DNA of 64,000 nucleotides from Azolla caroliniana (taxonomy: Eukaryota; Plantae; Polypodiophyta), in assembly GCA_043228905.1 (NCBI GenBank), contig JBHGNT010000014.1, positions 11,904,001 to 11,968,000 on the forward strand, given 5' to 3'. Below are positions 12,101 through 24,865 of the stretch, in pieces. How positions within the stretch are numbered: position 1 is the first letter of the stretch; each line of letters starts with the position of its first letter. The translations under genes and the position numbers were made by a program. The notes under the pieces were generated by a model. The model was not told the origin of the DNA. It made no database searches and saw nothing but the letters and a program-made list of their open reading frames with translations.

Positions 12101-12742
12101 TGGAAGAACCAACTGCCACAGAGGTTGACACAAGGATCCAACCTCAAGTTGAGCTTGAGGGGGAGTGTTGAGTGGCAAGCTCATCTGGAGCCAGATCGGC
12201 TGGATAAGCCTGAGCCGGTGAGCGAGACAGATCGGTAAGTCGGTGAGCAATCATACGGTTGATGGTGAGGAAGCGTATTGGCTTGTACTTTATCGAACAC
12301 ATCGGCATAATGATGATACTTCTCTGGAAGTTGAATGGTGGAGTCCTTGTTGAGCGGCAAGCTCAACTGGAGCTGGATCGGCTGAATAAGCCTGAGTCGG
12401 CAAGCGAGACGGATCGGTAAGCCGGCAAGCAACAGAGCCGGTGAGCTGGGGAGCTGGTTAGCCGGATCCAATCGGTAACCGGAAGCCTAGTATTAGTTTA
12501 GACTACTAGGCAGTTATAGTCTCGTAGTAAGTGTCAGATGCTCGTGTGAGCATTGAAGTACGCGATACTTCTGTCAGTCCCATGAGGACTTGTATAAATA
12601 GTGCTACTGAGCACAGTTGTAACACAGAGTGTTTATATTTTTGAATATAGCTTTTACGTTCTGCTCCCTCTGTCACTCCCGTGTACTCTGTGTATTCTCT
12701 ACTTTCTCTGTTTTCTAACGCCTCTGCAAGTAATCATTTTCA
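9165..12742 (+). mobile_element. Ty1/Copia element B (Bryco/Lyco-like family), internally deleted
   Basis: TSD GTTTT (9160-9164 and 12743-12747). 5' LTR 9165-9575 with PBS TGGTATCAGAGC at 9576-9587. The gag start is fused to mid-RT near 9720. YVDD; RNase H at 11137-11724; PPT GAGGGGGAG before 12166; complex 3' LTR at 12166-12742. Confidence 0.92.
10266..11053 (-). mobile_element. AT-rich solo LTR (788 bp) of the TGTCG...CGACA group
   Basis: TGTCGT/ACGACA termini and 4-bp TSD GCGG. Removing it restores the Copia frame YRRGIPEELVGYTDAD. A homologue lies at about 47725-48339. Confidence 0.9.
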
Positions 12743-12854
12743 GTTTTCTATAGAGCAGAGTTTAGGGCTTTCTACAGACCAGGTCACATTTTCTGCAGAC
12801 TAGGTCACGTTTTCTGTAGAGCAGGTTTGGTCCTCTGTTTGGGCTAAGAAATCA

Positions 12855-14604
12855 TGACTAGCAGTAGTGACAATAGCCACCTTATGCATATCAAGAAACT
12901 TGACGGTGCACATAACTTTGCGGTTTGGAAAAAGCAGTGCTACAACATCCTACTATAGAAGAAGCATGCGAAGCCTATTACAGTCAAAGGGGTAAAGCCT
13001 ACAGATATGGACAAAGATGATTGGCAAGAGTTGAACGAGCTTGCACGCTTGACTATTGAGTTGTCGATTTTTGATGCCTTGCTGTTTAATATTGAAGGTT
13101 TAGACTGTGCCTATTCTATATGGACTAGACTAGAGGAACTGTATGCCTAGAAGATGGCAACTAGCAAAGTTTATTGGCTTAAGAAACTTATGGATTTGCG
13201 CATGACAGAGGGTACACCCATGTCAACTCACCTGAGTGAGTTCAATTCCATTTTCAGCCAGCTGGTTGCCTCAAAATTCATCATTGATGATGAGTTTAAG
13301 GCCACGTTTTTACTTAAAGCACCTTGTGAGAAAGTTGGGATACTTTCAGGACTGTTATGAGCAATTCAAATGTGATGCTTCTTTATGCCGATGTAGAGAA
13401 TTCTCTACTCATGGAAGAGATGAGTCGGCAAAACAATGCATCCAATAAGTCCTCTAGTGCGTTGTATATGAGGGGTAGGTCACAACAAAGAGGCAAATAT
13501 GATAGTTATGGCCGTGGTAAATCACGTGGTAAAGATGTAGAATGCCATCACTATGGCAAAAAGGGTCACTTTAAATGTGATTGTTTCAAATAGAAGAAAG
13601 AGAGAGGAAAGGGCAAGAAGATAGATGATTTCATAGAAGAAAAGAGAGACATTCAACCGAGGAAAGGCAATACTAAAATTGAAGTGGTGAATGTAGTCAC
13701 TCATGATAGTGATAGTGGAAATGATGTACTCTTTGTTTCATCATGCCATATAGAACATGATTTACTTGCAGATACAGATGGTGACATGCACACTTGGATA
13801 CTTGATTCTGGTGCTTCTTTTCATGTCACCCTTCATTGTGAGTGGTTTTCAGATTACACAGGGGGTCGACATGGTGTTGTCCATCTTGGGGACAACTATG
13901 CATGTGAAATTGCAAGTACTGGCACTGTGCAATTACAGTTTCAACATATTTCTACTTTCACACTTCAGTATGTACGACATGTATCTTTGCTCCAGAAGAG
14001 CTTGATTAGCACAAGACAGCTAGATGATGATGGATTTCAAACAACCTTTGGTGATGGGAAATGGAAGATTTGTAAGGGATCTAGAGTTATTGCCAAGGGT
14101 AGTAAGAGTGATACTTTGTATCCTCTCCATGTATCTAGCGTGAGTGACCATGTTGTTGCCATAACCGAGCAGCCTAGTGTTTCTTTGTGGCATGGCCGGT
14201 TGGGACACATGAGTGAAACTGGTATGAAAACATCTCATAAAAAGTCTCTTTCACTGAAGTCGTCCTCGCTTGAGTTAGTACATTCAGATGTATGTCAGAT
14301 GTCAGGGCTATCATTAGGGGGAAAGAAATACTTAGTCACTTTTGTCGATGATTCTACACAGAAGGTATGGGTTTACCCTATTCGTAGCAAGGATGAAGTG
14401 CTCGACAAGTTTCAAACATTTTTGGCATTAGTTGAGAATCAAATTGATAAGGCACTTAAGTGTCTTCGCTCTGACAATGGTGGGGAATATGTGTCCAAGG
14501 CCTTTCAAGCATTTTGTGACAATAAAGGGATAAAGAGGGAACTCACTGCCCCGTATAATCCACCCCAAAATGGAGTTGCAGAGTGTATGAATCAGACTAT
14601 TCAA
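12855..14604 (+). pseudogene. Copia A gag-protease-integrase
   Basis: Decayed CCHC (CHHYGKKGHFKCDC), WILDSGASFH, LWHGRLGHMSE, LVHSDV, CLRSDNGGEY, PPQNGVAE. Interrupted at 14605. Confidence 0.92.
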
Positions 14605-15047
14605 TGTTATTGCTAGGGCCAGACAACAGCCTAACACAGGGTGTCCACTTAAGACACGTCACCAAAGGGTGGTACGACAGAATGACTTACGACACAATAC
14701 TTAATTAGACCTGAATCGATTACTTAGCCATCCGTAATTAACACGCATAAGATATGACAATAATTACAGAACGGTAATCAACACTTGATGATTAAGACAA
14801 TAAGCTTTATTAATTATCCGCTGTCGATTACATTGTAACCGGGCCTTTATATAGGTCTCCGGTGCGAAATACAAAACGTTGCCAACCGGATCCGGATCGT
14901 CATACCGATTCCGGTCCGTCCGTCCACATCTTCTTATATAATAATATGTATATATTAAGACTACTAATTCCAATAGTTCCCGAATAACTATTCCTTTCAC
15001 ACTCTGGTTTGGACCTCCTTTAGCCTTCTTTGCCGGCCGGTAACACA

Positions 15048-15091
15048 TGGCACGCCCGTGGGACAGTACCTTGTACGTCGAACCCATTATC
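15048..15091 (-). promoter_or_regulatory. tRNA-Arg 3'-half-like motif (inverted second PBS) replacing the PPT
   Basis: The + strand reads TGGCACGCCCGTGGGAC (15048-15064), 2 nt from the LTR. The element strand reads GATAATGGGTTCGA-CGTACAAGGTACT-GTCCCACGGGCGTGCCA. Confidence 0.78.
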
Positions 15092-15099
15092 CGGCCCCT

Positions 15100-18064
15100 T
15101 TTACGCTTCGTCCAAAATGTCCAGAATGCTTTGCTCCAAAATTTCCAATGGCTCGTCGGGAATCTGTTGGTGCTGCTGTGGCTGTTGCTGTTGTTCCGTT
15201 TGTGGCTGTTGCTACTGCTCCGTTTGCGGCTGTGGCTGCTGCTCCGTTTGTGGCTCTGGCACCGGTGGTTCCGTCGTTGGTTCCTCCGTCGGAGTTGTCT
15301 GTGGCTGACTGACCCCGACCTGTTCCCCCTCTGGTCTTTGCACCTGCGACGGTTCCTCATCACTAAGGTTGACCGTTGCCGCCTTTCGCGCTTTTTCTTC
15401 CCGGAGCCGGGACCGCGCATAGCTTTCGAACTGGATTTGAGCCTCCAGCCGATCATCGTCTAGTTGAGCTATGAGCTACCGGACCTGCACCAATTGTTCA
15501 TCTGCCAGGGCTGTGAAATCTTCCGCCAGCTTGTCCCTGATGGTGGTGAAGTCCTCCGAGGTCAGCATATAGCAGTCGTCGCCCTCCTTCCGCCGATTTT
15601 CAACGTCCGCCCTAAGCAATTGGAGTTCCGCGGTATTCTACGCCCATTTTTCCCACCAACGCACAGAGCTGTCATCAATCAAGCTTTTGGTTTTAGTCAG
15701 CCATGACCGGAGGATGCACTGGATCCGTTCGGCTCCCATCTGTGATTTATTCTCTGCGGCTTGTCGCTCTTCCTTCAACTGTTTGATGATCCGAACCGTG
15801 TCCGCCTCCTGCTCCCTATAATGTGACAATTGAGTTTGATAGGTTGTTTGCAACCTCTGTAGTACCATTGTCGCTCTTTCCTTGTCTTCATGGTTCTGCT
15901 TGTGGAGCTCCATCCGGGCATTCGCAGCTTCCTCCAATAGCCTGGAACTTTCCGCTCGTTCTTCGGCGAGTGCCGTTGTGGCCTTATCAACCTCTTCCCG
16001 GAGCTCGGCCATCCGTTGCTGATGCTCCGTCTCCAGCTGTTTGTAGTCCCAATGCAGATGATCGAAAACATCGGTCTTCTGCTTCAGCCTTTGGTTTATC
16101 TAACGGCGCGCGCGGTCCTCCCGGTCCTTCTGTTGCCGGAGCTCTTCCTTCAGCCACTCGATTTCCGTTTCCGCCATCCGTCGCAGCTTGTCTTTTTCCT
16201 ACAACACTTTCTCTTTTTCCTCCAGCCAGTCGTAAGCATGATGTCCTTTACGCAGGTTTTCCTCTGCACGGCAAAGGTTCTCAGCAGTCTTTCTTAATTC
16301 TTCTTCGGCCGCCTTCTTCAAGTCGCGTTCGTGGCTTCGTAATGCTTCTTGTGCAGCTAGCTCATCTCGTAATTCCGCAAGCTCTTGGGCTTGCGCCGCC
16401 TCTTTCTCCGGGACCATTTGTGTCTCCGGGGTCTTATTCTTTTGTACATCAACCGGAGTCACCGATGCTTGGACCTGCATTGCGGTTAAGGCCATTTTGG
16501 CCATATCTCCTGTGATTCGATCCAAGTCTTGTTCCAGGCACCGGATCCTTGATCGGGCCGTCTCCAGTTCATCGGTTGTGATGAGCAACCGTTCCGTTTG
16601 CGCTCTTTCCTCCGCCTCTATGCATCCGACTACTCCGGCAATTTGGTCTCCTATCCACCAGAGCCATTGGCTGCCGATGCACTGTTGTTGCGCTTGCACG
16701 GAGAGTTGGCTGATAGGTTCACTCGCCGGTGGCTGGTTCCGCCTTTCTGCGTCAAGCTGCGCTTCTTGTTCTGCCAGCTGACTGCTTTCCCGTTCCAGCT
16801 TTGAGTGTGTTTCGTCTGGTCACCCCTTGTCTGCTTGTTCTTGGCCGGCTGGGGCAGTTGGCCTTTGTATCTCCGGCTCTTGGGTGACGGGGCTTGCCGG
16901 TGCTGCCTGTTGTGCCGGGACTTCTGTGACTGGTTCCGGTGCCTCCCTTGGCGTGGAATGCTCAGCGTGAGTTGCGGGTGTTCCATCCTTCTGTGGGTCT
17001 GAACGTTTCCCGGCTAATTCTGCAGTGCTCTTCACCGGCCGCCGCTGGAGGTGCTCTGTGGGTTCTTCCTCCATCTCTTCCGCCTGAGTCCCGGCATTCA
17101 TTCTTGCCGCCAAGGTGTTCGTTTCCTGTTGCGCCGGTCGGTGGAGTGGGCTCTTCGAGGCCCGTGCCGATGTCTCCTCGTGTGTGTCCGTCGGTCGCTT
17201 CCGGCTGGCACGCTCCTTCGCCGCCTTCTCTGCTTCAACCGTCTTCCCCTTAGTGGCCTTGGAAGCCAGCAGTTGTTGCCGTTTCGAAGCCGGTTTCGGG
17301 GTGCCGTCTGTTGTTCTTCCCCGCTTCTTGGTTTGGACAGGCTCGACCGGTGGCGCCAACAGGGTGAGTCATTGTGTCACTGCATGCCATATTTTCCGAC
17401 CTTCCTTGCCATCCTTTCCCCTTACTATATCAATGGCCGTACATAGCCCGTCGGCGATCAGCACCGGCCAATCTACCTTGACCCCTTCGTATGTTGCGAT
17501 GATCAAGCATGCTCGGTTCTGAGGCATGACGGGGGGTCGAGGGTACATGTGGCCAAACTCGTGGAGCACACGGGCAATTTCTCGGAATAGCATATCTTCG
17601 CCGGCCTGTGTCCTATAGCCCTTGCTGGCTAGAGAGTACTCACCGAAGTATTTGATGAGTTGCTCGAGGGTAGGATTGTCGATCGTGTAGATACCGCCCT
17701 CCGGAAGGCCTATTAACGCACGGATCGTCTCCTCCGTGATCACCTCCATGTCGATTTCTTTTATAATCTTCTCGGCCTCCTTGTGTGGCGCCGCCTCCAT
17801 GATCGTTAAGAAACCCTCCAGACCATGCTGCCGTAACCATTTCTTGACGGCTTCAGACAACGTTTGGCAGTCCATCTCTACATCGAGGTCGGAGAGCGTT
17901 GGAGAGGTTTGATGGTGGGGAGAATGTGAGAGAGAAAGTTCTAAGGGAGGGGGTTCTCTATGTGCGAGCTCTCTACGATTTATCTTCACGCGTCGCTCTG
18001 CGTTTGTTCTCCTTGGTTCGCGATAGGAGAAGGTCTCAATGTGTGGGGGTTTTTCTCTTTGCAT
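15100..18064 (-). pseudogene. Extra ORF of Athila-like element B, fragmented
   Basis: ORFs 17369-18064, 16820-17359, 16199-16699 and 15638-16012. The N-domain is homologous to 2327-3409, followed by a coiled coil and Q/P/E/T tandem repeats near 15180-15260. Confidence 0.8.
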
Positions 18065-18262
18065 CTTGGATGTGCAGGTCGTGTACTATAATAGCAATGC
18101 GTGCCATGTGGTGGTGGTTTAATGCCCAATTCATAGCTCCTCGTACCTTTTCAACGTGCCTCTTTACTCCTCGTGTGCATGGCCATTTCCACCACTCCTT
18201 TCCATGATGTATTTGATTCGCTCCTTTTTTCTTTTTCTTTTTTTTTGAACTTACTTGTGTGG

Positions 18263-21200
18263 TTAGTTGTTCTCCGGTCCTGTCGGACCTTTGCCCGAAG
18301 TGTGCAATTCGCCGGCCTCTTGTCGGTTTTCCGGCTCATGCTCCTCCTTACTGGCTTGGTGGTAGCCGTCGTCTTCACCGGTTGCTGTTATGGTTGGCCT
18401 GTCGGCGTCTGATTCAGTGGCGGCCCTTCGTTCAAATGGGTTCTTAGGCATAAGTCCTTTGTATGGTTTTAATCTAAATCCGTTGACCCATTTGCCCAGC
18501 ACTTCTCCGGCAAGTGTCCCCAACTGGTAGGACCCATTGAACTCGCGTGTGATCCAATACAATCCGGTCCATCTAAACCGTAGTATACCTGGCATTTTGC
18601 CCATCCGGGTCTGGAACACAAGTACCGGCTTGCCGGTTCCGAACATCTTTTTGTTTCCCTTTTGGTGCCGATCTACAAATGCTTTCCGTCTCTGTTGTTC
18701 CAATTCTAGGTGCATAATGCTCGCCAGTCGGTTTTCTTCTAGTTCGCACAGGGCCTTTAACTGAATTGCCTCCGATTCCTTTTCGTTCAATCGTTCTCGA
18801 ATCTGAATCCGTAAGCTTGGTGCCTGAAACTCAACCGGCATGACTACCTCCAATCCGAATGCTAACCGGAACGGTGTTGTCCGGTAAGCCCAGAGCGCAC
18901 TGTGCAGCTTTGTGTCCCAATCTGTCCGATTTTCATTGACGATCTTTCGGAGGATATTTTGGAGCGTTTTGTTCGTCGATTCAGCTAACCCATTTGCTTG
19001 CGGATAGTACGGTGTGCTTCTTTTATGTACTATCGCATAGAACGTCGTCAAACTTTCTACCACCTGTCCAAGAAAGTGCCCTCCTTGGTCGCTTATCAGT
19101 TCTATGGGGCAACCGTACCGGCACCAAATGTATTCGTATAAGAATTTCGTTGTTGACGCCGCGGTGTTGTCTCGTAGGGCTTTCGCTTCTACCCACTTAG
19201 TGCAATAATCCGTCGCGACGATCACGTACCGGTTGCGGGTTCTCATTGCCGGTGGTTTAAATGGCCCGACGAAATCCAGCCCCCATTTCTGGAATGGTTC
19301 TAGTGGTAGGACTGGCTGGTGTGGCATCCGAGCTTGTTCCGTTGGCTGACCCATTCGTTCGCATAGATCACACTCGTTCCCATACCGGACTGCATCTTTC
19401 AATGTGGTTGGCCACCATAGGCCACTTTGCCATACTTTCCTTGCCATCACATCTCCGGCATAATGGCCTCCGGCGACTCAGCAGTGTGCCTCCCGTAGTA
19501 TTACCTCCTTCTCATCGCTGCGCACCGCTCGTCGCCAGATACCGTCCGCACCTTTGTGGTATAGCGTGTCCTGTAGTAAACAGAAGTGCCGGCTCTGTAC
19601 CGCCATGAGTTTTCTCTCGTCCCGGTTCATCTCCTCCGGAGGCAATCCGTTGTCGTGAAGAATTTCGGCCATAGGCGAAAACCGGGAAACATTGTCTACA
19701 TCGGCGGGGTGCAGCGTGTGTACGCACCCATGTACATTTGGTGTGAATATCGAGGGCGCCTTTATGGCGCCGAAGAGTAGTCAAGTCGGGACAGACGATC
19801 CCATGAAAGTCGGGATTTGTCCCACATTGTAACGCATCCCTCTCCTTGTTCTATAAAAGGGAGGGAACGCCCTTTGTAAAAGGGTTGCCCATTTTTTATT
19901 AGAGGGTATACCGGTAGGTTTAGGGTTAGGTTTCGTCTGCTTCTTTTTCTTCCCCTTCGTGTTCGTTTAGGGTTGGCTGAAGCTTATCTCTTGTGCAAGA
20001 CCCCGCTCGGCGCGACGAGCCCGAGAGCTCCCCGACGGCGGCTTGACAGCAAACGACTTTTGTAAACTATCCTGGTCCGGCTCGAAGCCGGGAGTGTATT
20101 CTTCTTATATATATATACATATACGTTTGCGTTTGTCCGTGTATATTGGCGTCTTGTTGGTGTCGGGTGCTCCCCTCCTTCCCTGCGTTTCCTGTACAAG
20201 AGGGCGTGTGTGTGCGTGTGTGTGCGTGTGTGCGCGCGTGAGTCGGTGTCAAGCACGCTCTCTCACTCCCTCTCTCTCTTCGGCTGCTTCCGGTGCTTTT
20301 CAGGGGTGCCCCAGAAAACGGTGAAGTGCGACTTCCTACGCTCCGTCGCTCCCTAGTCCAAGACCCCTGTGGTCCCGCCTTTCTCCACGCACGCGCGTAA
20401 CAATGCGACACCGTTACTCAGAAACTGGTGCATATTAGTTAGCCGCTTATCTTCTTGTGCCACCGTTCCATCTGTTGCCGTTTCCGTGGTGACTCATAAA
20501 AGCTCTATATCCGGAAACTCGTCCGGTACTCCGTCACCTGTCTCCCCGGAATCTAACCGGCTTAGATAATCTGCTACCGCATGCTGTATGTCGGGTCGGT
20601 GGAATATCTCGAATTCGAACTCTTGCAACACCAAAGTCCACCGGGCCAACTTATCGGTAAGTGACGCTTTGGATACTAGGTAGAGGAGTGCCGAATGATC
20701 TACATGAAAGGAGAACTTTCTTCCCAATAAATAATGCCTGAATTTTGTTACACTATAGATCATTCCTAAAGCTTCCCTTTCCGTGGTAGAATAATTTTGT
20801 TCTGCTTGGGATAGCTTCCGGCTGGCATAGTGCACTGGCCGATACCACCTTGGCTCGGTAAGCTGCATGAGCGCGCTGCCGATTGCGATATCGGAAGCGT
20901 CCACGAACACATGAAACTCTTTACTCCAATTGGGAGGCTGCACTACCGATGCTTGTGACAATAACAATTTTAGTGCCCGGTACGCCTTGTCTTCGATGTC
21001 GGTCCATTGGAACGGTGTTCAATGTATTGCCGTATGGAGAGGTGTAGCCAGGTCTGCCAAATATCGGAGCATACGGCTATGCCAGCGGATTTGTCCTAGG
21101 AAACGGCTCAATGCCTTTGCCGTTGCTGGGGCCGGTGCTTCCCGGATTGCTTTCACTTTGTCCGGATCTACGGCAATGCCTTCCTTGCTTACTATATGCC

Positions 21201-22831
21201 CTAGTAGCGTTCCGCTGGCCACTCCAAATACACACTTCGCCGGATTCAAGCTTAGCCGGTACGCCCTACACTTCTCTAGACATAGTCTGAGATGCTGCAA
21301 ATGATCTTCTTCTCTACTATAGACGGCGAAGTCGTCAAGGAACACCTGCATAAAAGCCGGTATGTATTAGCCAAAGATCTCCATGATGATCCGTTGGAAT
21401 GTTGCTAGTGCTGTTTTCAGCCCGAACATCATCACCACCGCAACAAAAACTCCCCATTCTGTGACGAAAGCCGTTTTCTCTTGATCCTCAGGGTGCATCC
21501 GGATCTGATTATACCCACTGAATCCGTCTAAGAAACTGTAGACTTCATGGCCGGTGACGGCATCCCAAACTCCATCTGTAAACGGAAGTGGAAATGCATC
21601 CGTTACCGTTGACGCATTGAGCTTCCGGTAGTCGACACAAACTCTAATGTTTCCATTCTTTTTCGGTACGATTATAATCGGGCTCAGCCATGTAGATTTC
21701 TTGACGGGCCGGATGAAGCCGACCCTCAGTAATTTGTCGATCTCCTCCTTGACTTTGGCGCCGTAGTTTGGGTTCATCCGGTACCGCCGCTGTGCCACCG
21801 GCTTGGCGTCTTGTCTCAGATGTATCTGGTGCTGATACAACTGAGGATCCAGGCCTCTCATATCCTCGTACGACCAGGCAAAGAAGTCGCGAAACTCGTT
21901 GAGGAGTGTAATTATCGCCGTTTTGTTCTTTGCATTCATTTCTTTGGCGATGTGCACCGGTTTTGCCTCCTCCGCCGTTCCTAGATTTACCGAGTCTTCT
22001 AACTGGGACGCTTTTACGCACTGGGATACGGCCATCTCCCTTTCCAACGCCTCCTGTGCATGCCGTAACTCTTGGATTGCTTCTTTATCCGGTTCCGCTT
22101 CGGTTTCGTCCGGTTGCAGTAAGTAGGGTGATACCGCTTCCGCAACGTCAATTTCGAAGAGGGGTACAATCTTTGGGTTCTCCAGCAAGTATTGCTCTTC
22201 TTCTTCGTCTGCTAATCCCTCCAGCATATTGACACACTCCCCATATAACGGTGTCAGGTCCTTGCCCGGTGCCCTTCCTTTGTTGTGTTGGTACCCGTAC
22301 CTTCGCTTTTTCCCGCCGGAACGTAATCATATTCCTCCTCCAGTTCTGCTTGATATGTGCCGTTTTTAACCAAGGACGTCCCAACAATAATGGGTACGCT
22401 CCTTGAGCCTGCATCTGGAGAACTACGACTGAGATTCGGAATGTGTGGCCCCCGATGGCTACTTCCAAATTCCGTATTAATCCTGTCGGTCGCACCGAAC
22501 TTGTGTCAGCCATTCGGAGCCAAAACGGACATGGCTCCCACTCTTGGATTCCAAGAGCATCGCATGTGCGGAGGCTGATCACATTAACGCCGGAGCCTCT
22601 GTCTATTATTGTGCCGGGGAGTTCTTTCCCTTTCACAATGGCCGTAATTGCCGGACTGTTGGTGTCCAGCACGGTCAGTCCCTCCTCCGGATTTGAGAAG
22701 AATGCCGGAGCCGGTGGTGTTCCACCTATCGTCATGCGTTCCTTGAGTCCTTCTGTGAATCTTGGTACTAGCTGCAAGAGTCGTCCTAACGGCAGCGTGA
22801 TCTGGCATTCTTGCAATACCTGCCATGTCAC
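18263..22831 (-). pseudogene. pol: pol of Athila-like element B (protease, RT, RNase H, integrase)
   Basis: IIDRGSGVNVI; VCVDYRKLN...FLDGFSGYNQI; VFLDDF; FVDASDIAIG; WGLDFVGP...SDQGGHF...QANGLAE. Interrupted by the solo LTR at 19651-20410. Confidence 0.95.
19651..20410 (+). mobile_element. Solo LTR (760 bp) of the TGTCG...CGACA group
   Basis: 4-bp TSD CCGT. Removing it restores FLSNGLPPE. Closely homologous to the LTRs at 36475-37209 and 40439-41177. Confidence 0.95.
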
Positions 22832-22876
22832 GTTTTCGGACTGATTGCTTCCGGCGAGCTCTTCGGTGTTCTCCTT

Positions 22877-24694
22877 CTATTGCGTGAGTTCTGCTACGTT
22901 TCGCTCATTGGCCTTTTTTACCCATTCCGTTGCTTGTTTCCGGATGGCCTCTTGTGTCTCCCATTCTGTAGTCTTCCCCTTCGACCTTGTGGTGACTTGC
23001 TGGAGGTCTGCAACTTTGGCGACTACCATGTTTACTGCCGGTCGCTTATCATGGCTTTTTGCCGGACATTGATTACTATAATGTCCTTCTTGTCGGCAGT
23101 AATAGCAATATGCTTTCCGGTTGTTGCTGGATTCGGCATTGTTTCCTGTACCCGGTGGAGGACTTGTGGTAACCACGGGGCTCTGGTCTGGTTGGCTGCT
23201 TGAGGCGCCTTTTTCCGGTTCACGTGGCTGGCTCCCGTTTTTTAAATGCCGTTTTTTATTAAAGTTCTTTTTGTTGCGGTACCCTTGCCGGGGTTGGTCG
23301 TCATACCTCCCGTAATCTTCCCGTCGTTGGTGATACCCGGGGGAGTTATCCCGGTTGTGATGCTCGTATCGTCCATTGTATTCTCGGTACTTGTCGTATC
23401 TCTTGTACCAGTCATAGTTGTCTCGCCGATTGTCGTACCAGACATCTTGTGCCGGTCGATATCGCTCCTCTCGTCGCCAACGTTCATCGTCTTCGTCTCG
23501 GCTGCTATGTGGCTTGATTTTCCGGACTGGTGGAGCTTGCCGATTCACTAAGTTATATTCGCACCGGTCCATCGTGTGGCTCGTAGATTGGCAGAGTAAG
23601 CAGTGCGTCCGCATGGTGCACTCCAATGACAAGTGTCCGGAATTCAAGCAGGTCGTGCATTGGATTGCTTGCCGGAAACGGAGATCCTCATCGGTTGGTA
23701 ATGCTCGTTGGAGGGCTCCCATTGTTAGCCAAGAGCTCGTTTTCTCCATTTCTCGAACCCGGTCGATGACCTAGTCAACGGTGCTTGTGCGAAAGTCAAT
23801 GACCGTGCATACCGTTCGTAGAGGTTCTCGGAGCGCGGCTTAAAATATAGCCCACGTTTCTTCCTCCGGAGGTGCACCGGTAAGCTGACTGTGTATCCGT
23901 TGAAACTGGATGACAAACTGTGGGATGCTCTCGCCGGGGTCCTGCCGAATTGTGTAAAATAAGCCCACCATTTCTCGCTGATCCACCTCCTTCTAGAAGA
24001 AGTGCAAGAATTTTTCTTTCAGGTCCGCAAAGGTGGTGATGGTGCTGCGATCCTGCGTTCGGTGCCATCTAGCGGCTGGTCCTTCTAATGTTACGCCAAA
24101 TTTGGCTATCTTAGATCGTTCCTCTTTTTCCGCGGTTAATCATTGTGACGCATGGTTTGCTTCCCATGTTTGTTCAAATGCGTGAACATGAGCCTCCGCG
24201 TCCGGGTCATCCCGATACTTGGAGTATTGGAACGACATATCGTCGTCCGGTGTCAGTACGCGGCCTGGCGGTGTCGGTGGTCTTTCCTGTTGTTCCGCCG
24301 GCGTCTGAGGTCTTTGCCGGTTTTCCTTTGGTGTTGCCGGGTCGACTTCCGGAGTTGGAGGTTTTTGCCGGTGTACTTCCGTCTTCGGAGGTTGCTCCAC
24401 GACGAGTGCCGGAGGTTCTTGGTCTGCCAACTTTGGTTCCGGTGTCGGTAAAGTATCCGACTCCTCGTCCTCTGGTCCTCCTGGGGTGTCGTTACTGCTG
24501 CGATAGTTCGTATGCACGCTGTAACCCCCTTCCGAATCCGATTCCAGTGCTGAGAATGCTTCGGATTCGCCTTCTCTTCCGACCAAGGCCTGGAGAAGGG
24601 TTTCTGCTTCCCGGAGGCTGCTTAAACTGCTTCCTTTGTCCGGGTAGGCGTTTTGTTGCAAACAAAGTGACTCCTCCGCGACTTTCCGGATCAC
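22877..24694 (-). pseudogene. gag: gag of Athila-like element B
   Basis: YRDDPDAEAHVHAFEQTWEAN (gag N-domain); CCHC motifs CTTCLNSGHLSLEC, CLLCQSTSHTMDRC and CYYCRQEGHYSNQC; several stops and frameshifts. Confidence 0.85.
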
Positions 24695-24855
24695 TTTGGA
24701 AAATGACCGATCCGTTCAAATTTCTTCCGCTGCTTGCTGAAAAGCCTCTCGCCGCCGTCTCCGTTTAGCAAGTCTTCGTGCTCTCTCCGTAACCGGGTCG
24801 TCTGTTGGCCTAGTCATCCATTCCTGCCGCTGTTCACTGCGATAATGCAGGAATC

Positions 24856-24865
24856 GTGGTCGCCA
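24856..24865 (-). promoter_or_regulatory. Primer-binding site TGGCGACCAC (tRNA-Arg type)
   Basis: Lies 7 nt inside the 5' LTR and is complementary to a tRNA 3' end GTGGTCGCCA. Confidence 0.7.

Noticed and set aside
14764-15456. 230-aa minus-strand ORF crossing into the LTR, and overlapping plus-strand Leu/Cys-rich ORFs
   Set aside because: These are alternative-frame readings of Q/P/E tandem repeats and LTR sequence, with no domain signal.
19754-19771. GGCGCCTTTATGGCGCC, resembling a TGGCGCC PBS
   Set aside because: It lies inside the LTR body in homologous copies and is not adjacent to an LTR end; it is a short palindrome.
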